A stretch of 64,000 nucleotides of DNA from Candidatus Saccharimonadales bacterium (lineage in GTDB: Bacteria; Patescibacteriota; Saccharimonadia; Saccharimonadales; DASZAF01): contig DATIIB010000009.1 in assembly GCA_035480055.1 (NCBI GenBank), positions 213,068-277,067 on the forward strand, in the 5' to 3' direction. Each line of letters begins with the position of its first letter. Within the stretch, counting starts at the first letter, position 1. The position numbers and the translations under genes are program-made. Shown here in pieces: positions 43,188 to 52,643 of this stretch. Under the pieces are notes generated by a model, which ran no database searches, was not told the origin of the DNA, and saw nothing but the letters and a program-made list of their open reading frames with translations.

Positions 43188-43217
43188 AAAAAGACCGGCT
43201 CTCTGGCCGGTCTTTTT
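43188..43217. terminator. bidirectional intrinsic terminator between convergent genes
   Basis: AAAAAGACCGGC pairs with GCCGGTCTTTTT around a 6-nt loop (12 bp). Confidence 0.85.
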
Positions 43218-43232
43218 AAATTGGTGAAAGCC

Positions 43233-43724
43233 TTACACGTTTACCGGAAGCGAAGTCATAAAGTTGGCCGTCATGCCTTCTTCCAGGGAATGATCTCTCT
43301 CCAGCTTTTCAATAAAACCGGTGTCATGAAGAATCGTAGGTAACCCCCAGATGATGCGTTCGGTCTGCAGCAATTCGGGTAGCGATAGCCACACATAAGC
43401 CTCGTGCTCATTGGGATCTAATACGATCTCTTGGACCACCGAAAGATGCGCCACAAACGATTGCATGTGCACCACGCCGCTAGGAATAATTACCTCGTGT
43501 GCTGCGGCGAAGTCGAGATTGGTGACATGTAGCCCGGTCTCTTCTTGCACTTCGCGGGTTACGGCAGCGCGAAGGCTTTCGCCTTCCTCAACCTTGCCAC
43601 CGGGAGGCGCCCAGTAGCCACCGCCGCCAGCCAACCGATGCCGTTGGAGTAGTAGCAGTTTGCCGGCATCGTTAAAGATTAGACAACTGACAATCGTACG
43701 CGGGCCATGAGCTTTTTTCTTCAT
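43233..43724 (-). CDS. NUDIX hydrolase
   Basis: Nudix box GGKVEEGESLRAAVTREVQEETGL. ATG at 43724 lies immediately after the upstream stop. Confidence 0.85.
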   Translation of the reverse strand: MKKKAHGPRTIVSCLIFNDAGKLLLLQRHRLAGGGGYWAPPGGKVEEGESLRAAVTREVQEETGLHVTNLDFAAAHEVIIPSGVVHMQSFVAHLSVVQEIVLDPNEHEAYVWLSLPELLQTERIIWGLPTILHDTGFIEKLERDHSLEEGMTANFMTSLPVNV

Positions 43725-43725
43725 A

Positions 43726-44436
43726 CTATCGATACTCCGGATTTTCAAAATCAAATCGTGCTCCAGCGTCCCACTTACTCCGCTGGTTGCCATAGGCCGG
43801 GATGCCGCCCGCGTCTTTCAGCATCTTGGCCAGGTGCAGCAAGTTCCAGGTCATGAATGTCGTATTGCGATTAGTAAAATCACTTTCTGGACCGCCGGAA
43901 CCTTTATCCAAATAGCTCGGACCAGGACCAACCGGACCGATCCAGCCCGCATCAGCTTGGGGCGGGATGGTGCAGCCCAGGTGCTGCAGGCTGTACAGCA
44001 CGTTCATGGCGCAATGCTTGATGCCATCTTCATTGCCAGTAATAATACAACCGCCGACCTTGCCGTAGTAGGCATATTGGCCGGCGCTGTTGAGGTCCGA
44101 AGAGTTGCCATAGAGTCGCTCGATAATCTTTTTGGTCATCGAGCTATTGTCACCGAGCCAAATCGGTCCGCAGATCACCAAAATATCCGCGGCCTGCACC
44201 TTTTTATACAGCTCTGGCCATTCGTCGGTTTCCCAACCTTGTTCGCGCATGTCAGGATAGACGCCAGTGGCGATATCATGGTCGACAGTACGGATGACTT
44301 CGGTCTGCACGCCGTGCTTTTGCATGATCTGCCGGCTGACTTCGAGTAGCCCCTCAGTGTTACTTACTGCTGGCGACTTCTTCAGCGTCCCGTTGAAGTA
44401 CACTGCGCGCAGTCCGCTAAAATCCCATTCTGCCAT
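43726..44436 (-). CDS. flavodoxin-like NAD(P)H-dependent FMN reductase family protein
   Basis: YFNGTLKKSP...ADILVICGPIWLGDNSS fits the flavodoxin-like fold pattern. ATG at 44436 follows AAGGGG. Confidence 0.55.
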   Translation of the reverse strand: MAEWDFSGLRAVYFNGTLKKSPAVSNTEGLLEVSRQIMQKHGVQTEVIRTVDHDIATGVYPDMREQGWETDEWPELYKKVQAADILVICGPIWLGDNSSMTKKIIERLYGNSSDLNSAGQYAYYGKVGGCIITGNEDGIKHCAMNVLYSLQHLGCTIPPQADAGWIGPVGPGPSYLDKGSGGPESDFTNRNTTFMTWNLLHLAKMLKDAGGIPAYGNQRSKWDAGARFDFENPEYR

Positions 44437-44531
44437 GACCAAAGTACCCCTTATATACATATTCACTATGCCACGAAGCCTTCGCTTCAGCAAGCCTTGG
44501 GCCATCTTATTGCCCTAGTAGTGTATAATTA

Positions 44532-46814
44532 ATGCCAATGAAGACGACGCGCAATACGAAGTATACGCGACAGAACCGCACCCATGCCAACCGCTTGGTT
44601 CGCGTGTATTGGTCTTTCAAACGAGTGTTTGCGCATCTTTCACGCCGCCGGCAGATTTTTCTGCTTATATGGATCGGGGGCTCGGCATTAGTACTGATCG
44701 CGCTTGCCACCACGATTTATTTTGCGGCAAGCTTGGGCAGTAAAGAGCGCATTATGAACCGAAATAACACGGGTGTCACTTTGCTCGATCGCAATGGCAA
44801 GCCATTTTATGAGTTTTACAATGCGCACTCTGACACCTATGTCACGCTTGATCATATCGCGCCCATTGCGCAGCAAGCGCTTATTTCATCTGAGGATAAA
44901 GACTTCTACAAGCACGGAGGCTTTTCGGCCAAGGGACTTTTGGGCGCAGTGTATGAAAACATTCGGCCAGGCGGACTCAATAATGGTGGCTCAACCATCA
45001 CTCAGCAGCTGGTCAAGAACGCCTTGCTGAGTCAAAACCGTAGTGTACTGCGCAAGTATCAAGAGATTATTCTGTCCGAAGAAATTGAACGACGCTATTC
45101 CAAAAACGAAATTCTGGAGATGTATCTTAATTCGGTCTATTTTGGTGAAGGCGCCTTTGGTATTGAGGACGCAGCCAAAACATACTTTGGGGTTTCGGCC
45201 AAGGACTTAAGTCTCGAGCAGGCCAGCTTGCTTATCGGATTAATTCCTGCGCCGAGTGCGTATTCGCCAATCTCGGGCGACGCGACCCTGGCCAAAAAAC
45301 GTCAAGTCTATGTGCTTGGCCGGATGCTCCAGGATGGCAAGATCACTCCAATTCAGCAGACCAATGCCGAAGCAGCGCCGCTCAATTACGCCCCGGCTGC
45401 CGCGCAGGCCAGACTGACCGCGCCGCATTTTGCATTGCTGGTTAAAGACCAACTCGACAAGAAATACGGCGAGGAAAAAATCGCTCGCTCGGGCTACAAG
45501 GTGAAGACTACTCTGAACCTCGACATCCAGGGCCGCGCCGAAACCGCAGTAAGCAAACAGATTGGCAAACTTCAAGCCAGCAAAGCAAGCAATGGCAGCG
45601 CTGTGGCGATCGATCCGCACACTGGTGAACTTTTAGCACTAGTGGGAAGCACGGACTGGTACAACCAAACTTTTGGTAAGGTCGACATGGCTACGGCAAC
45701 TCGCCAGCCGGGTTCTTCGTTCAAGCCGATCTACTATGCCGCTGCCATCGAGCAGAATGAAATTTCAGCAGCAACCATCTTGCACGACAAGCCAACGGAT
45801 TTTGGTGGCGGCTACGCGCCAAAAGATTTCGACCTTCGGTATCGTGGCGATGTCACCACGCGCCGCGCACTTTCCAACTCGCTCAACATTCCCGCCGTGG
45901 AGGTGATGCAAAAGATTGGGGTTGGCAGCGCCATCAGCACCGCCAAGAGGCTCGGCCTAACAACCTTTACTGATGCTCCCGAACATTACGATTTATCTTT
46001 GGCGCTGGGAAGTGGGCAAGCGCGTTTGACTGAAATGACCGACGCCTATGCGACCTTCGCCAACGGGGGACAGTACAATGAGATGCAAACCATTCTTTCG
46101 ATCACCAACAAAGACAACAAAGAAATCTACAAAGAAAAATCTACTCCGCATTCTGCGGTGAGCGCCCAAACTGCCTTTATTATGTCTTCGATACTTTCAG
46201 ACAATGTGGCTCGTGCCGAAGAATTTGGCAGCAGTCTTACCCTAAGCGGCGGACGCATTGCTGCAGTCAAAACTGGAACAACTGAGGATTACCGTGATGC
46301 GTGGACCATTGGCTACACTCCAAGTCTGGCTGTAGGAGTCTGGATTGGAAACAACGATAACAGCGCCATGAATTCGGTGGCTGGCTCACTGGGGGCAGCG
46401 CCTATTTGGCGGGATATTATGAACCAGTCACTTGCTGGAGCACCAGTGGAGAAATTCTCGCAACCTACCGGACTCACCACCCAGACCATCTGCCGTGCCG
46501 ATGGTGCCATTGCCGAACAACCTGGCAGCAACACGATGACCGAATACTTCCGTTCCGGCACACTTCCCACCACCAAGTGCAACCAAAAAACAATTGAGCC
46601 CGCGCAACCGGTCGACACGCCCACCAAGCCAACTAACGACAACAGTTCCTCCAACACAGACACCACCAATCCGAACTCAACCACCAGCGGGGGCACGGGA
46701 ACAGACGGCACAAATAGTACCGGAAACGGGACTGGCACGGGGACCGGGAATGGAACGGGAACTGGAACAGGTAATGGCACCACGCCACCTATAATTCCTG
46801 TCCCTACGCATTAG
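44532..46814 (+). CDS. class A penicillin-binding protein (transglycosylase + transpeptidase) with low-complexity Asn/Gly/Thr tail
   Basis: EDKDFYKHGG, GGSTITQQLVKN, RKYQE (GT51 domain). SSFKP, SNS, KTGTT (transpeptidase). Tail reads GNGTGTGTGNGTGTGTGNGT. Confidence 0.92.
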   Translation: MPMKTTRNTKYTRQNRTHANRLVRVYWSFKRVFAHLSRRRQIFLLIWIGGSALVLIALATTIYFAASLGSKERIMNRNNTGVTLLDRNGKPFYEFYNAHSDTYVTLDHIAPIAQQALISSEDKDFYKHGGFSAKGLLGAVYENIRPGGLNNGGSTITQQLVKNALLSQNRSVLRKYQEIILSEEIERRYSKNEILEMYLNSVYFGEGAFGIEDAAKTYFGVSAKDLSLEQASLLIGLIPAPSAYSPISGDATLAKKRQVYVLGRMLQDGKITPIQQTNAEAAPLNYAPAAAQARLTAPHFALLVKDQLDKKYGEEKIARSGYKVKTTLNLDIQGRAETAVSKQIGKLQASKASNGSAVAIDPHTGELLALVGSTDWYNQTFGKVDMATATRQPGSSFKPIYYAAAIEQNEISAATILHDKPTDFGGGYAPKDFDLRYRGDVTTRRALSNSLNIPAVEVMQKIGVGSAISTAKRLGLTTFTDAPEHYDLSLALGSGQARLTEMTDAYATFANGGQYNEMQTILSITNKDNKEIYKEKSTPHSAVSAQTAFIMSSILSDNVARAEEFGSSLTLSGGRIAAVKTGTTEDYRDAWTIGYTPSLAVGVWIGNNDNSAMNSVAGSLGAAPIWRDIMNQSLAGAPVEKFSQPTGLTTQTICRADGAIAEQPGSNTMTEYFRSGTLPTTKCNQKTIEPAQPVDTPTKPTNDNSSSNTDTTNPNSTTSGGTGTDGTNSTGNGTGTGTGNGTGTGTGNGTTPPIIPVPTH

Positions 46815-48294
46815 CATGAGGAATGAACTTAGTTCGTAGTTTGCTGAGTACATTTCGAAGGTCCTGACGGTATTCATAGGCGCCATAGGTGAGTGCGCCA
46901 CTTCCTGCCAGCGCAATGATGCCTAGATTAATCTTATCCGCCTTAGCTGCTGTGGTCGTTTTGTTGGTAGCTGAGGTGGTCGCAGGAGTGGTAGTGGCTT
47001 TACGGCAGCGATTGGTCGCAGGGTTTCTTTCTTGGCCAGCCGCGCAAGGCTGCACAACGGTGCTCGCTGTTGTCGCAGTACGGCAGCGATTAGTGGCCGG
47101 GTTGCGCTCCTGACCCTCCTTGCAAGGAGTGAGCGACGTGGCGCTCGCAAGCGCGGCAGTGGCGTGGCAACGGTTGGTATCTAGGTTGCGTACTTGGCCC
47201 GCGTTACAAGGTGTCAGATTGCCTGATGAATCATCGATGTTCTTACAGCGATTGGTGTCTGGATTGCGATACTTTCCTGATGGGCAAGGCGCCACGGTCT
47301 GCGCAGTAGCATCGGCACCAGCTGTTGTATCTGCGGTCAGTAAAATATTTGCTGCGCCCGGTGTTGCTTGATTCGTGAGCTGCCAGGTGCCGGCAATCAA
47401 CGCCCAAGCCTGATCGTCATCTAGTGCTGGGTACGATATCACCTCGTCGCCGTCGGTACTAGAAAAGGTAACCGTGCCGCCAGCATTGAGCAGTTTGTCT
47501 TTTAAGGCAACTACATAGTAGCTCTGCGCGCCCAGCACCGCATCGCCGTCAAACGCATAGGTCTTCATCTTGTCGGTGGCCAGCGAACAACCAGCCAACG
47601 GAATTGCCGCACTGGTAGGGTTATACAACTCGATAAACTCGCCACCTGCACTATCTGCGCCTGCTGGGTTGGCCACAATCTCGCTAAGCTGAGCGCCCTG
47701 GCACGTTGCATCAGAGGGCGGTGAGGAATCAGATGGCAGCAAGCCATCACCTTGCGGATCGGGCAGGTCAGCTACAAAGTCAGCCACATTATTATCTGTA
47801 TCCGCAAAAGGATCGGCGGCGTGAGCTTCGCGCCGTAGGCTCAACCCTTTATCAGGTGCAGGGACCGAAGATCCCTCGGGCTTGACGGCCGTACCCCAGC
47901 CCACTCGGTCTATCTCAGCACCGCTTGCATCAACTAGCGCAATATGTCCGCCATCCTCGCTAAGGCCTTTATCAAAATACGCATCGGCATCAGGCAAATA
48001 ATCTGTTTTACTGAGGAGCACAAATCCATGTGCTGCCACTTTGCCGTGCAGAGTGGCCAGTGGGGGAGTACTGAGGTTATTAGCAGCGGTGAGATATTCC
48101 ACCTTCCAATCGCTTACCTCAATATCGCTGGCGGCAGTGTTATAGAGTTCGACAAATTCTTCGCTTTTGCTATCCGCGCTTTGCAGCTGCACCTCACTGA
48201 TTACCAAACTCGCGCTCGCTGCCAGCGCTGGCCTTGGTAATAGCACACTCATAAATCCAATAAGTACTGTGGCAAAAAGCAAACGGTTTTTCAT
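46804..48294 (-). CDS. secreted, C-terminally anchored protein with two lamin-tail domains and four Cys-bracketed repeats
   Basis: Signal peptide MKNRLLFATVLIGFMSVLLPRPALA. LTD signatures SEEFVELYN and GGEFIELYN. Four C-x3-(Q/Y)-x-RN-x-(D/A)-TNRC repeats. C-terminal TM. The TTG at 48324 is an alternative start. Confidence 0.75.
   Translation of the reverse strand: MKNRLLFATVLIGFMSVLLPRPALAASASLVISEVQLQSADSKSEEFVELYNTAASDIEVSDWKVEYLTAANNLSTPPLATLHGKVAAHGFVLLSKTDYLPDADAYFDKGLSEDGGHIALVDASGAEIDRVGWGTAVKPEGSSVPAPDKGLSLRREAHAADPFADTDNNVADFVADLPDPQGDGLLPSDSSPPSDATCQGAQLSEIVANPAGADSAGGEFIELYNPTSAAIPLAGCSLATDKMKTYAFDGDAVLGAQSYYVVALKDKLLNAGGTVTFSSTDGDEVISYPALDDDQAWALIAGTWQLTNQATPGAANILLTADTTAGADATAQTVAPCPSGKYRNPDTNRCKNIDDSSGNLTPCNAGQVRNLDTNRCHATAALASATSLTPCKEGQERNPATNRCRTATTASTVVQPCAAGQERNPATNRCRKATTTPATTSATNKTTTAAKADKINLGIIALAGSGALTYGAYEYRQDLRNVLSKLRTKFIPHANA
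47005..47286 (-). repeat. four tandem ~26-aa coding repeats (CxxGQxRNPxTNRC)
   Basis: CPSGKYRNPDTNRC, CNAGQVRNLDTNRC, CKEGQERNPATNRC, CAAGQERNPATNRC, separated by Thr/Ala/Ser linkers. Confidence 0.85.
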
Positions 48295-48341
48295 GTCGCG
48301 GATGATATCGTTCCGCGACCGCAAAAGTCAAAACTTTTTTG

Positions 48342-48992
48342 CTACAATTCGTAAAGCTCTGGACGCATGCCAAACATACGCAGCCTCAGCGTCAGGAGTC
48401 GCAGTAATATCACATGAATATGCAACGTCAGCAAGAGCACTCCCACGCCCACCAAATCATACTTGGCACCCACCGCCGTATAGGGATGGTCGACGCCCAT
48501 GCGGAACATCAAAATACAAAAGGGCAACACCGCTTTGGCTGAAAAGAACCAATAGATCAACCACACAATAAAGCTGAGCGCCCGTACCCCAAACCGCACC
48601 CCAACCTCCAACTCCACCGATTTACTATAGGTGCGGTTGGTATCATGGATGCCCCACCAGGCATTTCTGGCAGACGCGGCGATCCGATCGAGCGTTTCTA
48701 AAAAGACGTAAACCAACAGAGCCACCCCACCAGCGATTACCAAAATCACCACATGATAGGCTACCGACCCCGAGAACAGAGCGGTCGTAAATGCCGTAAA
48801 GCCATCCGGGGCGTCTTGCATCACCGTCACCAAACCCGATGGCCCAAAAAAGTAATCGTACAACAATGGACTGTGCACTAAGTACGACCAATTTGAACCC
48901 ACCAGAATGGCAATCGAGAGAGTCATAGAGACGATAAAGCTCAAGGGCGAAGGGCGAAAGAGTACGCCAAGGACATGCAGTTTTTGTCTCAT
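48342..48992 (-). CDS. hypothetical polytopic membrane protein
   Basis: 216 aa with about 6 hydrophobic segments. It lies immediately upstream of, and is co-oriented with, the LTD gene. Confidence 0.55.
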   Translation of the reverse strand: MRQKLHVLGVLFRPSPLSFIVSMTLSIAILVGSNWSYLVHSPLLYDYFFGPSGLVTVMQDAPDGFTAFTTALFSGSVAYHVVILVIAGGVALLVYVFLETLDRIAASARNAWWGIHDTNRTYSKSVELEVGVRFGVRALSFIVWLIYWFFSAKAVLPFCILMFRMGVDHPYTAVGAKYDLVGVGVLLLTLHIHVILLRLLTLRLRMFGMRPELYEL

Positions 48993-49134
48993 ATACCTAT
49001 AATAATCCAGAAGAGACCGAAAAGCACCTATACCTCATGTAGCATCGCATACGTCCGCAAGATTTACAATTTGGACAGCCCAATAAGACTATGGCAAAAA
49101 CGGTAAATGTACGAGATGATATAAGCTGTTAGTT

Positions 49135-51717
49135 ATGGCACCTAGAAAAAAAGCAAAAACCGCCACATGGCATAAAAGACAGCCCCGAACTCCCCGAGTA
49201 GCCTGGGCTAAATGGTACGCGCTGTTCGCCGTCGCGGTTTTGGGCGTCAGTAGCACTATCTGGGCACTCCTTGGCGCCAAAGTGCAGCAAGGGAATGCGG
49301 ACCAGCTGGTCAATGTGTATCTTTTCCAAAGTTGGCACACATTCCATAGTGCATTATTTCCCAGTGCACATAGTTTCCTGATTAAGTGGCCGCTGTTTTG
49401 GCTGGCGCAGCTTTTTGGACCCACACCGCTTACGTTCACTCTCGGAACGGTCGTTCTTTCGCTCGCGACCGTTGGTGGATTCGCTTACGTACTATATCGC
49501 ATTGATCGTCGGCCTTTGGTGTACGGCACGCTGTTTCTGGCGCTGGCCTCGGTGTTGGTGCTCGTTCCGCCTGAGCCATATGCAGGCGCGCTTTTACCGG
49601 TGAACATGGCGATGATCACCACTCGCAACATTGAATATCTCATTTTTATAGCCAGCCTGTGGACGTTTTTGCGCACGCCAAAATTGCGGACGAGCGGTCC
49701 TTGGATAGCAATGGGAGTGCTCGGACTTTTGATTGCCAGTGACAAGCTTTTTTTGACTCTGGCAGTGGGAAGTGCGGTGGCAGCAGCGGGAATATATAGC
49801 CTGGCACGCCGCACATCACAGGTCCGGCTGGCAATTGGATGGGGAGGGGTGAGTATTGGCGCAACCGTCTTGGGAATTGGTTTGCTGTGGGCTATTAATA
49901 AGAGCGGATTCACGCACATTGCGGGATTGTCCTCGAGCCCGTACCACATTGTGCACTCCCTCAAAGACCTGACACGTGGCACATTCTACGCCTGCTTTGG
50001 ATTGCTGACCAATTTTGGTGCCAATCCAGCATTTGACGCCTCGGTGCCCGGAGCCGTTCTGCATAACGCCAAGGATCGACTGCTTGCGCCAGCCGGGCTT
50101 GCCTATGTGGCCAACGGTATCATAGTGGTAGGGGGAATATATATGACCATGCGTCTATTTCTCGCCAGTTTTAAGGCACCCGCCAAGAAAGCAAAGCCTG
50201 ATATAGCGGCCAGGCTTTCTGAACTTTTGATTTGGGCATCGATAGTTGCACTCGGCGCGTTTATCGTTACTGATCATTATTATGTGGTCGATGCACGCTA
50301 CCTCACGATTATCCTTTTTGCCGTGTTTACCGCCAGCGCTACGTATCTGCGTGGCTGCAAGATAATGCTCAAACCACAGCATATTCTGTATATTGGTCTG
50401 GCACTGGCTGGCAGTACTGCGCTTGGCTTTTTCTCGGCCGTTACCACCTATCACGCTAACCTGAGCGCGCAGAGCGATCACGCTCAGCGCACTGCGCTCA
50501 TTAGCACATCGCTCCAGACGCATCCGGTGAATATCGTCGTTGGCGATTATTGGCGAACATTGCCGGTCAAAGCGGCAGTGCCAGCGACGCAACAAGTGAT
50601 GCCACTGAGTGATTGCATGCAGCCACGTGATATTCTCAGCAGCAAAGCATGGCAACCAGATTTACAGACGCACAGTTTTGCCTACATTCTTTCACTTGAA
50701 CCAAGCGTGACCGGCTTTCCGGCATGTACGTTGAACCAGATAATCGCAGCTTACGGTCGGCCAAACCAGAGCGTCCTGACGGCAGGGAGCCTTAACGATC
50801 CCAAAGAGTTTTTGCTCTATTACGATCATGGCATTAATAAAAGCGCGCCGGTGACTGGCCCTTCTCCGGTGACCTCAACCGTGCTTCCGGTCAGCGTAGA
50901 TCAACTGCCAAACACCAATTGTCCAGATGCTTCAACCATCATGAATGTGGTCGCGCATCAAGACGATGACCTTCTGTTTTTAAATCCAGATCTGCTTCGC
51001 GATATCCGCGCAGGCCATTGCGTTCGCACAGTGTATATGACCTCGGGTGACGCAGGTGAAGGGCAGTTGTACTGGCAGAAGCGAGAGCAGGGTGCAGAAG
51101 CCGCCTATGCCTCACTGCTTGGTCAAGATGTCATATGGGTGCAACGCGTCGCCAAACTGGCCACCGGGCAGTTCGTCACTATCGCCAATCCACGAGGCAA
51201 TCAGCGCATTTCGCTCATCTTTATGCGCCTTCCGGACGGTAATATTTCTGGCAAGGGCTTTAAGGCTTCCCATTTTGAAAGTCTGGCCCGCCTGCATGAT
51301 GGCCACATCCCGATCATTCATTCCGGAGATAGACAGTCGGCCTACACCTATAGCCAGTTGGCAGCAGCGCTTGCCACGCTCATGAAAACCTACAGCCCGC
51401 TCACCATTCACACCCAAGCTACCTATAACGCCAGCTCGGTGTTTCCGGATCATAGCGACCACATGGAGGTTGGGCGAGTGACGCATGCTGCTTTCCAGCA
51501 ATACAATGACCACAGCCAAGCTACCATTGCGTATTACATTGGGTATCCGATCCGGCAAATGCCGCCAAATGTGTCGGGCGACGAGCTAGCCAAAAAAACC
51601 GCTGCCTTTTTGGCATACGGCAAATTCGATGGCGCAGTCTGCCAAAATATTGAGCAATGTAGCCGCACCCCAACATATGGGTCATATCTCAAGCGACAGT
51701 ACACCGGGCATCAATAA
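49135..51717 (+). CDS. fusion: large polytopic membrane domain (~600 aa, GT-C-like) plus C-terminal PIG-L/LmbE-family deacetylase
   Basis: C-terminal domain from nt ~50941: MNVVAHQDDDLLF (AHPDDE-like), TSGDAG, FPDHSDH (HxDH). Confidence 0.7.
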   Translation: MAPRKKAKTATWHKRQPRTPRVAWAKWYALFAVAVLGVSSTIWALLGAKVQQGNADQLVNVYLFQSWHTFHSALFPSAHSFLIKWPLFWLAQLFGPTPLTFTLGTVVLSLATVGGFAYVLYRIDRRPLVYGTLFLALASVLVLVPPEPYAGALLPVNMAMITTRNIEYLIFIASLWTFLRTPKLRTSGPWIAMGVLGLLIASDKLFLTLAVGSAVAAAGIYSLARRTSQVRLAIGWGGVSIGATVLGIGLLWAINKSGFTHIAGLSSSPYHIVHSLKDLTRGTFYACFGLLTNFGANPAFDASVPGAVLHNAKDRLLAPAGLAYVANGIIVVGGIYMTMRLFLASFKAPAKKAKPDIAARLSELLIWASIVALGAFIVTDHYYVVDARYLTIILFAVFTASATYLRGCKIMLKPQHILYIGLALAGSTALGFFSAVTTYHANLSAQSDHAQRTALISTSLQTHPVNIVVGDYWRTLPVKAAVPATQQVMPLSDCMQPRDILSSKAWQPDLQTHSFAYILSLEPSVTGFPACTLNQIIAAYGRPNQSVLTAGSLNDPKEFLLYYDHGINKSAPVTGPSPVTSTVLPVSVDQLPNTNCPDASTIMNVVAHQDDDLLFLNPDLLRDIRAGHCVRTVYMTSGDAGEGQLYWQKREQGAEAAYASLLGQDVIWVQRVAKLATGQFVTIANPRGNQRISLIFMRLPDGNISGKGFKASHFESLARLHDGHIPIIHSGDRQSAYTYSQLAAALATLMKTYSPLTIHTQATYNASSVFPDHSDHMEVGRVTHAAFQQYNDHSQATIAYYIGYPIRQMPPNVSGDELAKKTAAFLAYGKFDGAVCQNIEQCSRTPTYGSYLKRQYTGHQ

Positions 51718-51721
51718 AAAT

Positions 51722-52009
51722 TCAACTCTGAACCACAAGCGAAACAACAATATACCCCAGCACCAAAATGCCCAACAAGCGCCGAAAGTAACTTGCCCCA
51801 CGAGTGACTTCACTGACCGCCCAATACGCGAGCAACACTGTACCAACAAATTGCACCCCGTCCTTAAAGCGACCATTACCGATAAAGTGCGCGACGAGCG
51901 TGCAAAATATCCAGCCCCACAGTGGAGGATTTGGAAATTGCCAAACCACGATTGCGCCTTTTGAATCTTTCCAAAAGTGTTGCCAAAAAGTTAACCATTT
52001 TTTATGCAT
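51722..52009 (-). CDS. small hypothetical membrane protein
   Basis: Three hydrophobic segments. ATG at 52009 is preferred; the track start at 52039 is a TTG. Confidence 0.45.
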   Translation of the reverse strand: MHKKWLTFWQHFWKDSKGAIVVWQFPNPPLWGWIFCTLVAHFIGNGRFKDGVQFVGTVLLAYWAVSEVTRGASYFRRLLGILVLGYIVVSLVVQS

Positions 52010-52123
52010 CCTACTGTAGAGTATACGCGGGTTCGCCAATACCGTGCAGGGGCTGCTGATTTGAACAACCCCTTAAATTAGGTTATACTATACGCTTATT
52101 AGGTCTGCCGAGGTTCTTGCAAT

Positions 52124-52615
52124 ATGCCAGCCATTAATTCTGCATCTTCATCCAAAGAAGCTACCAAAAGAGCTAAGCTTATCGCTGAGATGCAGTTTTT
52201 GGGCCAAATGGCGAGCACCGAAACCGCCCTATTTCACCAAGCTGCCGCAGCCAAGTTAGGCCTGGGCATTACCGACATGAAAACCATCTCTACGCTGACG
52301 CAAGAAGGACCGATGACCGCCGGACAGATTGCCAAGCGGCTCAGTTTAACTACTGGCGCGGTTACTAATGTGATCGGCCGGCTCACTCGCATTGACGCAG
52401 TCAGGCGGGTTGCTGACCCCGATGATCGACGCAAGGTTATTGTCGAAATCAACCCCGCGCGAACCAAAGATCGCAAGGAAGTATATGCCTCAATGGGACG
52501 GAGCTTTGAAAAATTCCTTGAAAACTACACCACTCAAGAGATTGAGTTTTTGGTGCGCTACTACAAAGCAGCGGTTGAACTCACCAAGGCAGAAATCGCC
52601 AAACTTGCCGAGTAG
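52124..52615 (+). CDS. MarR-family transcriptional regulator
   Basis: 163 aa. Winged-HTH region GPMTAGQIAKRLSLTTGAVTNVIGRLTRIDAVRRVADPDDRRKV. Confidence 0.8.
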   Translation: MPAINSASSSKEATKRAKLIAEMQFLGQMASTETALFHQAAAAKLGLGITDMKTISTLTQEGPMTAGQIAKRLSLTTGAVTNVIGRLTRIDAVRRVADPDDRRKVIVEINPARTKDRKEVYASMGRSFEKFLENYTTQEIEFLVRYYKAAVELTKAEIAKLAE

Positions 52616-52643
52616 CTCCAGGCTAACCGCAAGCGTCCACTAG

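Noticed and set aside
46629-46814. Short-period DNA repeats (GGAACGGGAACTGGAACAGG...) at the PBP 3' end that resemble a tandem repeat or array.
   Set aside because: They are in-frame and encode a Gly/Thr/Asn low-complexity tail (GNGTGTGTGNGTGTGTGNGT). The 156-aa minus ORF opposite them (46313-46783) is a Pro/Val-rich shadow.
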